64,000 bases of DNA, from assembly GCA_043228905.1 (NCBI GenBank), contig JBHGNT010000002.1:4092001-4156000 (forward strand), read 5' to 3'. Each line of letters starts with the position of its first letter. Position 1 is the stretch's first letter. This stretch comes from Azolla caroliniana. Its lineage: Eukaryota; Plantae; Polypodiophyta. Positions 30,601 through 40,400 of this stretch are shown in pieces. A model generated the notes under the pieces. The model did no database searches, was not told the origin of the DNA, and worked only from the letters and a program-made list of their open reading frames with translations. Position numbers and translations under genes: made by a program.

Positions 30601-33046
30601 TTTTCCTTGGATATGGATCAAACGGCGAAATGGGATACCGACTCTGGGACCCCGAACGCAGACAAATCGTTCGAAGTTCGGACGTTGTGTTCAACGAGTC
30701 GGCTATGACTCCATCAGTCATAAAACTGATCGAAGTCCGAAGGGTAACATTTTCCGATGTGCCGACCCTTCAAGAAGGCCCTGCTCTCAACACACGGTCA
30801 GCTTCACGGGTAGCTGAACCTTACACCACCGACTCGGACAACTCCGACTCGGCACAGCAGAACAATCCGCTTTCGGACCATCCGACCTCGATACCCGATG
30901 CGACCAGTCCAATCATACCTCGACGATCCGACAGACTGTCGCAACCTCCGGAGAGGTATTCTCCTGGAATTTTCTTCACCGACGCCGGCGAACCGACGTC
31001 TTACGAAGATGCATCGACCTCTGTCGATTCAGCCACCTGGCATCTGGCGATGGAGTCAGAAATGCACTCCATTCGGGCAAACAAGACTTGGGACCTGGTC
31101 GAATTACCTAAGAATCGACGTGCTCTTCCTTGCAAGTGGGTTTATCGACTGAAAGAGACGTCTGATTCGACCACCCCAAAGTACAAGGCCAGATTAGTTG
31201 CGAAGGGCTTCCGACAAGAATATGGCGTCGACTTCGACGAGATTTTTTCACCAGTGGTGAAAATGACAACCCTTCGTTTTCTACTCGGCGTCGTGGCAGC
31301 CGACAACCTGGAGCTGATCCAGCTAGATGTCAAAACAGCATTCCTCCATGGTGATCTCGAGGAGGAAATTTATATGGAGCAGCCAAAAGGCTTCGTGGCA
31401 ACTGGCCAAGAACATCTAGTCTGCCGACTCAGGAAGAGTCTATACGGCCTCAAACAGGCACCGCGACAATGGTACAAGAAGTTCGACGACTTCATCCAAT
31501 CGATCGGCTTCTCCAAAAGCGATGAGGACCATTGTCTCTTCACCAACACAGCTCAAGATGGTTCACCCATCTTCCTCATCATTTACGTGGACGACATGCT
31601 AATTTCTGGTCGCCACGCGGGCGAACTTGCTGATCTCATTCGGCAACTGCGGTTGAAGTTTGCCATGAAGGACCTCGGTCCGGCACGACACATACTCGGC
31701 ATGAAGATCAGTCGGCATCGCGATAAACGACATCTTTTTTTGTCTCAGACCGACTATATCCGACGTGTCTTGGAACGCTTCAACATGCAATCAGCCAAAT
31801 CTGCTTCAACCCCGCTCCCAATGAATCTTCGGCTCTCTCAGCGAGACTGCCCGACATCCGGTCCGGAGGGGGAAGATATGAAGTCGGTACCGTATGCACC
31901 GGCAGTCGGCTCCCTTATGTACCTGATGGTCGCGACACGGCTTGATATTTCTCACGCCGTAGGAGTCGTTAGCAGATTTATGCACAACCCTGGCCGATCG
32001 CATTGGAACACAGTCAAGCATGTGTTCAGATATCTGGCTGGCACAAAAGACCACGGCATTCTTTTCGGTCCGAACCGAACCTCAGGCGTAGTCGGTTACA
32101 CCGACTCGGACTTCGCCGGCTGTATAGACAGTCGGAAATCAACAACCGGATACTGCTTCAAATTCGGCAATGGAGCAATCTCGTGGAAGTCGAAACTTCA
32201 GGAGTGCACAACGACCTCAACGACCGAAGCAGAATATGTAGCTGCGTCCGACGCAGCAAAAGAAGCTTTGTGGCTCGGTCGGCTGGCGCACACGTTTCGA
32301 CAAGTCGATCATGAATCGGCTCCAGTTGTCTACAGCGACAGTCAAGGTGCTGTTGCCTTGTCAAAAAATCCGGTTCACCACAACGCCTCCAAACATATCG
32401 ACGTTCGATATCACTTCGTTCGGGACTGCGTCATTTCAGGGAAAATCGGTCTAGCGAAAATATCCACAACCGACAATGTCGCAGATGGAATGACCAAGTG
32501 TCTCTCGGCAGACCGTTTTCGGTCTCTTCGGCTTCAGATGGGCGTAACGACAAACCAGTCCGGTTAGAGCCGAACACAGAGCAGGATGGTTCCCGACAAC
32601 CGACATCAGTTCCTTAATGATCGGCTTCAACTGTTCCGACCCGACCAGTTCGGTCTTCTGCCTTCGGACTCTGCCGACTCGAACAAAGCTGATATGTCCG
32701 AGAACCTAAGTCTATACCTGTAATCTTAGATAACCCATGTATACGCCCATTACGGGGGAGTGTCGAATACATGTGTATAATGGACGTATTCACACTATCC
32801 CGTTTTGGTCATTTATGTAATTAGCATAAAGGGTAGTTGCCCTAAGTCGGTCACTATATATAGTGACCTTGTAACCTCTTTGTGAGGTGGGTTGTTGTAT
32901 TATTTGCTTTATGAAATAAAGACTCTTTTGTGCCTCTCTCTCTCTCTCTCTCTCTCTGTGCAACGACTACAAAACTGTCATACGCAGGTACTAAACAGGA
33001 ATCGAGTGCTTCTTGATCTTCCGCACTGACGACATTGCTTCCAACA
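27680..33046 (+). mobile_element. Intact Ty1/Copia element C; 286-bp LTRs at 27680-27965 and 32761-33046
   Basis: TG...CA LTRs that appear identical. 5-bp TSD ccggg (27675-27679 / 33047-33051). PBS tggtatcagagc (tRNA-iMet) at 27968-27979; PPT gggggag just before 32761. Confidence 0.97.
28554..32567 (+). CDS. Copia gag-pol polyprotein (Gag-PR-IN-RT-RH), uninterrupted
   Basis: KFDGSNFNFWK, CCHC CNYCKKPGHIKADC, WLLDSGAS, WHRRLGH..CEHC, D-D-E (HSDV / RTDNG / GIAER), QLDVKTAFLHG, YVDD and RNase H YTDSD / EAEY / SDSQ / VADG. Confidence 0.96.
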   Translation: MASTSGSSEMSLRKFDGSNFNFWKEQMQDYLIVKGQIDPIENEEPPEGYKPIEWQKLDRIVRATIRMHLSESVYFTVQSCTTAFELWKTLSDTYEKKVAATKMFLIRRLYNLRMKESDSVQAHLNEYESISSQISSQGTAIEDELRAMILMSSLPSSWETFVTTVCNASTTAVKYSEVTSAILTEAARRKSFAKDSTDDAYVVQGSTDRSNIRGRDSSRPPNNQRRRSQSRDNRICNYCKKPGHIKADCRALKNKNNKKSGRHEEINYVSSSADVLPDDPNILSIENPVGSEVLLTTEESSTWLLDSGASFHVTPHRSQFRQYTIRHSDSVRVGNSQHCDIIGIGTVELNLAGGSTLVLHNVRHVPELSRPLISVGQLDEDGIRAGFSSGGWTLHRGNLLLARGPKIHSLYPLHVTLREGNLFLVDIPVSSLWHRRLGHLSKAGITHLSRAGYIPKLSFSDHQFCEHCQYGKQTAASHPTSAPRETRPLDLVHSDVCGPMPHQSLGGASYFVSFIDDSTRKVWAYPIRTKDRVFSIFTDWLAMAENQTDRKLKCLRTDNGGEFKSEEFVKFSRQRGIRREFTAPHSPEQNGIAERMNRTIQERIVSMLQHSRLSDGFWAEALLTAVHIINMSPSRPLGLQIPQELWIGSKPNYDKLRIFGCEAYALIPKDDRRKLAPRSRKCIFLGYGSNGEMGYRLWDPERRQIVRSSDVVFNESAMTPSVIKLIEVRRVTFSDVPTLQEGPALNTRSASRVAEPYTTDSDNSDSAQQNNPLSDHPTSIPDATSPIIPRRSDRLSQPPERYSPGIFFTDAGEPTSYEDASTSVDSATWHLAMESEMHSIRANKTWDLVELPKNRRALPCKWVYRLKETSDSTTPKYKARLVAKGFRQEYGVDFDEIFSPVVKMTTLRFLLGVVAADNLELIQLDVKTAFLHGDLEEEIYMEQPKGFVATGQEHLVCRLRKSLYGLKQAPRQWYKKFDDFIQSIGFSKSDEDHCLFTNTAQDGSPIFLIIYVDDMLISGRHAGELADLIRQLRLKFAMKDLGPARHILGMKISRHRDKRHLFLSQTDYIRRVLERFNMQSAKSASTPLPMNLRLSQRDCPTSGPEGEDMKSVPYAPAVGSLMYLMVATRLDISHAVGVVSRFMHNPGRSHWNTVKHVFRYLAGTKDHGILFGPNRTSGVVGYTDSDFAGCIDSRKSTTGYCFKFGNGAISWKSKLQECTTTSTTEAEYVAASDAAKEALWLGRLAHTFRQVDHESAPVVYSDSQGAVALSKNPVHHNASKHIDVRYHFVRDCVISGKIGLAKISTTDNVADGMTKCLSADRFRSLRLQMGVTTNQSG

Positions 33047-35995
33047 CCGGGGATGATATCCTGTATAAGCGTAGAATGGCGTGACTTTAGTCGATGCGTG
33101 GATAGCGTTATTATAGGCAAATTCGGCGAACTGAAGAATATCTGCCCAGTCATTCTGATGATAGTTGAGAAAGCACCGCAGATACTGCTCCAGTGTTTGA
33201 TTTGTTCGTTCAGCTTGACCGTCGGTTTGTGGGTGGTAGCCGGAGGAGAGGTGACAAGTGACCTTCAGCATTTTAAAAAGGTGCTTCCAGAATTTTGACA
33301 CAAACTGGGGTCCACGATCGCTGATGATATTATCAGGGAGTCCATGATGCCGACATACTTCCCGCATGACAATTTCGGCGGTGTCTTCACTAGATATTTC
33401 TTTAGTACATGGTAAGAAATGAGCCATCTTTGTATATCGATCCACCACTGTGAGAATCGCACTGAATCCCTTAGAGACTGGAAGATCTGTAATGAAGTCA
33501 AGAGCAATGGATTGCCATGGCTTGCTTGGAATTGGTAATGGTTCTAATAAACCATATGGATGATGTCTTGGCATTTTCGCTCTGCAGCATGTATCGCAAG
33601 TCCGAACAAAATCTTCGACAAATTGTCGCATACGGGGCCACCAGAATGATCGTTGTACTAAATCTAATGTTTTAGTACTACCAAAATGTCCTGCTGTATA
33701 TGTGTCATGGCAGTTTTGTACTACTCGAAGGCGGCAAGAACCATTAGGAACATACAAAAGTTCCTTAAAGAAGAGTAATCCATCACAGTATTTGAATTGC
33801 CGATAATCCGTACCTGGTGATTGTGATTGTGAACATGACGCTCGAGAGGGGTCAATTTGTGCTAGTATAGCTTGGGCGAAAGCGTCAGTCTTCAAGTCCT
33901 CACGTATAGTATTGGTAATGTCGGAATCCACGGGCATGTCAAAGACCTGTGCTGCTTGCAGTCGTGCTGGACCCAAGATTACTTGCTTCTGGTTATCGAA
34001 AGCTGGCTCACCGGGACGTGGTGTTAGATACGAACGCCGTGATAATGCATCTGCCTTCCCTTGGTGCTTCCCCGGACGATATGTAATTTTGAAGTCGAAG
34101 CGTGTGAGGAAGTGGGCCCACCGAGCTTGACGTCGATTCAGTACACGAGCATCTTGAAAGTAGGCAAGGTTCTTGTGGTCACTGAATACAGTGACCTGAT
34201 GAGGAGATCCCTCCAGGAAATGCCTCCATTGCATAAAAGAATCAACTATTGCTAATAGCTCTTTATCATGAATTTCGTAGTTGATTTCGGCGGCGTCAAA
34301 CTTACGGGAGTGGAAAGCCACAGGATGTAGCTTCTCGTCGTTACCCTGTTGTGACAGAATGCTCCCCAATGCGAAATCCGATGCGTCAGCTTCGATAATG
34401 AATGGTTTTTCCGGATCCACATGACCTAAAATTGGAGCTGATGTAAACGCCTTCTTAAGACTCTCGAAAGCCATGTCTGTCTCTTTAGACCAAATGAATG
34501 ATTGTCCCTTCCTGGTGAGCTGTGTGAGAGGCAGCACAATTTTTGAGTAATTTTGTATGAACTTCCGGTAAAAATTTGCAAAGCCTAGGAAGCATTGCAC
34601 ATCCCGCACCGAACGCGGAGTGTGCCATTCTATCACCGTTTTGACCTTGGCTGGGTCCATAGATATGCCTTCTGAGGAGATGACATAGCCGAGAAACTCC
34701 ACTTGGTTGCACCCGAAACTACATTTCTCTAACTTTGCATACAGACCATGTTCTCGAAGTCGTTTTAGTACTAATAGTACATGAGAATCATGTTCTTCTT
34801 GGGTCTTTGAATAAACCAGTAGATCATCCAAATAGATGATCAAAAAATCATCCAAGAGATCTCGAAATATATCATTCGCCATGTGCTGGAAGACTGCCGG
34901 CGCATTAGTGAGTCCGAACGGCATGACCGTATACTCGAAGTGCCCATATCTGGTGCGAAACGCGGTCTTCCATTCATCTCCTGGTCGGATCCGTACGAGG
35001 TTATAGGCTCCTCGTAAGTCGATCTTCGTGAAGAACCTGGCACCGTTGATCCGTTCTAAAAGACTTGAGATAAGGGGAAGAGCATACCTATTTCTTACTG
35101 TGACCTTATTCAAGCCACGGTAATCTACAACGAGTCGAAGCGAGCCATCTTTTTTCTTGACGAAGAAAATGGGTGCGCCGGCTGGAGATTTCGAATGCCG
35201 AATGAAACCGTTCTCCAAATTCTCCTCTATATAGGCTCGAAGGACTTCTAGCTCGGTTGGTGACAAATTGTAGATCGGCCCCCATGGCGGCTCTTTTCCC
35301 GGTTGTAAGTCGATGGCGCAATCGTACGGCCGATGATGAGGAAGTGTGTTGGCTTGTACTTTATCGAACACATCAGCATACTGACGATACTTCTCGGGAA
35401 GTTGAACGGTGGACTCCTCTTTGGTGGTACTGGAGGGTTGTACTGATATTGCGAAGAGAAACATTTCCTCCTTGCGCCCTTCCTCATGCAACTGACGTAG
35501 CGAAATGGTTGCAACCTTCTGGGTAGATCCTTGGGTTTGTCGCAACCGGATTTCCCTTGTCCTCCAATCTATGTCTGGGTTATGTAACTCGAACCATGGT
35601 AATCCTAAAACTATGGGATGTTCTGGAATACTAATAATATTAAATGATACTACACATGTTAAGTTATCTAGGACAATATTAACGGGTTCCGACTCTTCTA
35701 TGATATTACCAGAAGCAATGGGACGACCATCAATGACTACTACTGAGGCTGGACATGGGAGCTTTCTGAGAGATATCTGATGAGCTCGGGCAAAATTCCT
35801 ATCCATGAAGCAAGAATTAGCTCCGGAATCTAGAAGGGCTAAGGTATGTACTGGAGGGGTACTTTTAGTACTAACTGCTACTTGGGCTACGAACACATCA
35901 CTAACTTGCTTAGAGGGAATGGAACCACTAATGGGCTGCACAGATCTAGGGCTGTCCACCCAAACGGCTCCTATTTTGGCTGGACTTAGTCGTTT
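33047..35995 (-). CDS. pol: Pol of chromovirus B, 5' part (PR-RT-RH-IN), in the -1 frame relative to gag and interrupted by the Copia
   Basis: LLDSGA protease, YLDD RT, EADASD / YEIHDKELLAI RNase H, integrase H-H-C-C, IISDRGPQF and HPQTDGQAER. The ORF-track tail WKQCRQ... is read-through into the Copia LTR. Confidence 0.93.
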
Positions 35996-37155
35996 AACTC
36001 TTCTTCTAATTGGCTAAGGACATCAAATTTGTTTGCGAGATTCGGACTATTAGTACTATTAGGACTATTATGACTATGAGGACTATCAAAGATTCCTACT
36101 GAAATAGACTCGGGTTTAGTATAGTCAGAACTAACAACGACTTGGTTTACCTGCCTTCTTGGTCTATGGGGACAGTTTATCGCGATATGCCCTGGTCCAC
36201 CGCAATAAAGGCATAATCGATTTGTTCGGCGTCGTTGCTTTTCCTCCTCCGATAGCGGCCCACGACGACGTGTAGTGTCAATTTCCATTGGAGTTGGAGT
36301 ACTTACTGGAGGCGCATTATGTGACTCCCTTTGAAAAGGTTTTGCTACCACTGAGGCATAGGTAGGCTCGGATCTTGCCCTCGGCATCTGAAATTGTCGT
36401 TCCGAACGTCGCTCGAAGAGGCGGTTGTCACATCTGACCGCTCGACTGATTGCTTCTGTTAATGATTTTGGCTCTTCAGGGAAAGTCAAGAGTAAATCCT
36501 TGACATCGTTGCGTAGACCATAGCGGAACTGCTCCATCAATGCTTGATCATCCCAGGGGATATCGACGGCGAGTAGGCGGAAATCTGCAGCATATGCGGA
36601 GGCTGGACGGTCACCTTGGCGTAATCGCCGGATTTTGTTGATTGCAGTCCTTATGCTGTCAGTATCTCCAAAACATGCTTTAAACTCACTTATGAATTCT
36701 TCAAAATTATTTAGTACTGGAGATTCCTTTTCTAGTAGCGGAGCGAACCATGCTAATGCTGAGCCATTTAACAACGTGCCTACTAAACCCACTCGTGATG
36801 CATCGGTGGGATATCGGGACGGATGCATTTGAATAACTAACCGTACCTGGTTAAGAAACCCTCTAAACTGCGATCGCGTTCCATCGAACTTCGTGGGAAG
36901 GCCAATCTTGGGTTCTTTATGAATCCCTTGTGCTCCGTGCCCTTGTTGTTGCATTGCTACGATGGTTGCTTCGAGTTGTTGCACGCGTAACGCAAGTTCC
37001 CCATGCTGTTGTTGCGTTTGCTGCTTTTCTAAGGAAATTTGCTGAAGATCCCCCAACAAGCGTTGATTTTCTTGTTCCAAGGCATGAAACTTCTCTTTCA
37101 AGCATTGAAATTCCGAGAAAACGGATTGATACTCTTCAGCGCTAACGGTGGCCAT
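35986..37155 (-). CDS. gag: Gag of chromovirus B
   Basis: N-terminal coiled coil, EPKIGLPTKFDGTRS, retrotrans-gag core (LRQG...YAADFR) and CCHC CLYCGGPGHIAINC, then PMEID-type linker before it. 389 aa, intact. Confidence 0.93.
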   Translation of the reverse strand: MATVSAEEYQSVFSEFQCLKEKFHALEQENQRLLGDLQQISLEKQQTQQQHGELALRVQQLEATIVAMQQQGHGAQGIHKEPKIGLPTKFDGTRSQFRGFLNQVRLVIQMHPSRYPTDASRVGLVGTLLNGSALAWFAPLLEKESPVLNNFEEFISEFKACFGDTDSIRTAINKIRRLRQGDRPASAYAADFRLLAVDIPWDDQALMEQFRYGLRNDVKDLLLTFPEEPKSLTEAISRAVRCDNRLFERRSERQFQMPRARSEPTYASVVAKPFQRESHNAPPVSTPTPMEIDTTRRRGPLSEEEKQRRRTNRLCLYCGGPGHIAINCPHRPRRQVNQVVVSSDYTKPESISVGIFDSPHSHNSPNSTNSPNLANKFDVLSQLEEELND

Positions 37156-37391
37156 GGGATGAAGGAAAAGGGAAATAAGAGACTAATAGGAAAGGAGGGA
37201 GACAGAAGGAAGAGGGAGAGAAAAGACCAGACAGGCACCGGAAAATCGGTTCAAACTGTCAGGAACTCTATTAAGGCAGAGAAGGAATTAGTACTAAAAG
37301 AAGGATTAGTACTATTGTCGGGGAATAGTACTAAGACAGAGAAGGATTAGTACTATGAGAGGTGTCAAACTTTGAGAGAAGGAATGGGTGA

Positions 37392-37437
<46 letters not shown>

Positions 37438-40400
37438 TGATGCGAAAGGTATATGTATTATATGAAGGAAGATATACAACAGTAGTTAGAAGGCTTAAGA
37501 CTGGCGTTGAACCGATTTGGTTCGAACTAATGCCTTGCGCCTCCTTTTATAGTGTCTTCAGGAATACTCCTGAAGTTTCTAGAATGTTCCAGAGAAATCT
37601 GGAATATACATCAATTTCCCAATAAAACCTAAATGAAAATAATATCCTTCAAATTACAATTCATAACCTAATGGTAAAGTCTCGACCCGTGTAACAAAAG
37701 GTTATGGGTTCGAGTCTAGTTATGACAGTAATTCGACCCACGTCGTAGTGTCACTTTTGGCGTTGTTGTGCGACTTGTAGGTTTCGAGAGCTTGCTTGTT
37801 GAAGGAGAGGTAGTAGTTGTTAGAGATAGAGTCCCCAAGTGGCACCATCCATGTTGGTAGGTTTGGAATGGACGTCAATGGACGATTCTGGTGGGAGCCG
37901 AGGGTCACGCCCATAGAGTGCTCGAAAAGGGCTGATCCGTGTTGACACCTGAACGGATGTATTGTAGGTGTGGGTGGCGAAAGGCAAGATTTGATCCCAA
38001 GTTTTGTGGCATGGATCGATATAAGCGGCAATCTCCTGCTTGAGGGTCTTGTTGAGGCGTTCGGTGAGGCCGTTTGTTTGCGGATGGTACGGGGATGTAA
38101 ACACTTGCTGGACACCTAGTTGAGTTGCAACCGCGTTGAGGACGTCCCCATGGAACTGGCGGCCTTGATAAGATAAGAGTTGGACAGGGCAACCATGCTG
38201 AAAAATTACCTTGTGCAAAAGTTGGGATGCGATTGTTGGCGCAATGACGTCAGGGATGACAACAATTTCAGCCCATATGGTGAGGTATTCTATTATGACC
38301 AGGATATACTTGTTGCCACTGGGGGTTTTGGGAAAAGGTCTCATGAAATCCCATCCGACGAGCTCGAAAGGCGATGTGACGGTGATGGGTTGGAGCGTTC
38401 CGGCGGGCTTGCTCGCGGGTTTGGTGTGTTGACACAAAGCACATTGGTTGATGTAGGTAGAGACAGAGTGTCGCATGTTGGGCCAATAATACTTGAGACG
38501 TAACTTTTCAAGAACCTTGTGGAAACCCAGATGACCCGACAATGGGTGGTCGTGATAAAATTGGAGATACATCTATTGTAGGGCATGAGGGATGTAGAGA
38601 CGCGGCTCGTGATGTGCCTGAATGAAGAACACCAAGTTATCACGGAGCATGAATTGTCGTTGTGAGGGAAATGGTTGGAGGGAGCGCAACTGATGGGTTA
38701 TCTCTCGGATGGCGGGGTCGTGTTGCTGAAGTGTAGCGATTTGTGGTAGTGGCAGTGGAAGGTCAGACATCGCGGGTAGAAATTGGACAATTTGGAAATC
38801 GGCGCGAGAGAGACTATAGGTGACCAAATTGGTTACACCTTTTCGATAGGAGAGGGTAAACTGATAATCTTGAAGTGCCAACGTCCATCGCAACAAGCGG
38901 CCCGGGGGGTGAGGTCGATGAATAAGAGAAAGTAAGGGTTGGTGGTCAGTCTCAACCGTAACCTGCCCTCCATGAAGGTATGGGTGAAGACGCTGGAAAG
39001 ACCAGACGATTGCAAGTAGTTCCTTCTCAATGGTTGAGTAGTTCTGTTTAGCCGGCATGAGCGTTCAGCTTAGTTATGCAAACGAGGCTTCAACGAGAGT
39101 TTGTAGATGATCCTCCCAAGTGGCAGTGTGGATAAGGATGTCGTCGAGATAAACGAGGAGAACGCCTTTACTAATAAGGCCAACAAAGATGGAGTTTGCC
39201 ATGCGTTGGAATGTGCTGTCGGCATCAGACAGGCCAAACGGCATGTGGGTGAACTGGAACAGCTCGCGTTGTGTGCGGAATGCGGTCTTGTGGGCGTTAG
39301 ACGACGTTAAGGGGATCTGCCAATATTCCGAGGCTAAGTCAAGGGAGGTGAAATAACAGGGGCCCTCGAGCTGGTCCAAGAGATTGTCCACGCGAGGGAG
39401 TGGGTAGAGGTCATGGATCGTCGCTTTGTTGAGAGGCCTAAAGTCAATGTAGAAGCGGAAGGTGCCATCATCCTTCTTGACAAGGTGGGGTTCTGACACC
39501 CAATCGCTGGTGGAAGGAATGATAATACCTTTGGTGAGCATATCGGTGACGACAACATCGATGCGATCATGGTCGAGGGGGGGATGTTGGCCTGTAGCCA
39601 TGCAGATGGGAGCGACGTCCCCGGTACGAATGACATGTTGTACCGGGAAAGAGATAGTAGCGACATGCGTGGGTTGGGGGGCTAGTGACAGAAAATGAGC
39701 TAACAATTGGCGGATGGAGATTAACCGCTCCTTGGGACTGAGGGCCACCTGGACTTGGCTAAGGTGGGGGACATGGGGGCTATCGTGTAGGAGGGGGATA
39801 GGGGGAGCTTGTGGGACAATCAGTTTGTGAGCATCGAAATCAATCATAACGCGACGCTTGAGGAGCCAATTGCAACCTAAGGTGAGGGGGAAGAGTTGGT
39901 GGGACAAGACATAAAAGTGGTGTGAGAATGTGAGAGTGCCTAAGGTAACGGTGTAGTGGGCTTGCGTGCGAGAGTGGTATAGATGTTGGTGATCGCAAAA
40001 AAGGACTTGGATGGAAGGCGCAGTGGTTGTGGGGAGGCCTAATTGGTGTTCAACTAAGGCGGTGCTAATTGAAGAGATACTACTACCAGAGTCTAATAGG
40101 ATGATGTGTGTGGAGTGATTAATGGTGGCGAGAGCGGTGCATACCTGTGAACTAGATACCTCAGTACCTCGGAAGTTAGTTTCCCGGAAGCTCAACCAAC
40201 GATGCTACGTCAGCCATGGTTATCTGGGCTTGCTGCTTGTGAGATTGTTGTTGCAATTTTCGGCAATAACGTCGGAAATGTCCATAATTATGGCAGTAGA
40301 AACACTTTATGCGTCCTTGGGCATTGCGATTAGGAAGGTTTTGGCGAGTCTGCATCTGCATGTTTTGGACGTCAATGTCCATGGGGGTCGCTTGTTGGTA

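Larger units (their letters stand above)
26573..37727 (-). mobile_element. Ty3/Gypsy chromovirus B (Tcn1/Tf1-like); LTRs 26573-27037 (3') and 37257-37727 (5')
   Basis: TGTCA...TGACA LTRs that differ visibly only in a GA/GT microsatellite. 5-bp TSD gtaat (26568-26572 / 37728-37732). PPT aaaggggggatag next to the 3' LTR. Confidence 0.96.

Noticed and set aside
28640-35780. Many overlapping or antisense ORFs inside the Copia and chromovirus
   Set aside because: Expected shadows of GC-rich coding sequence; no env-like or other extra gene is evident.
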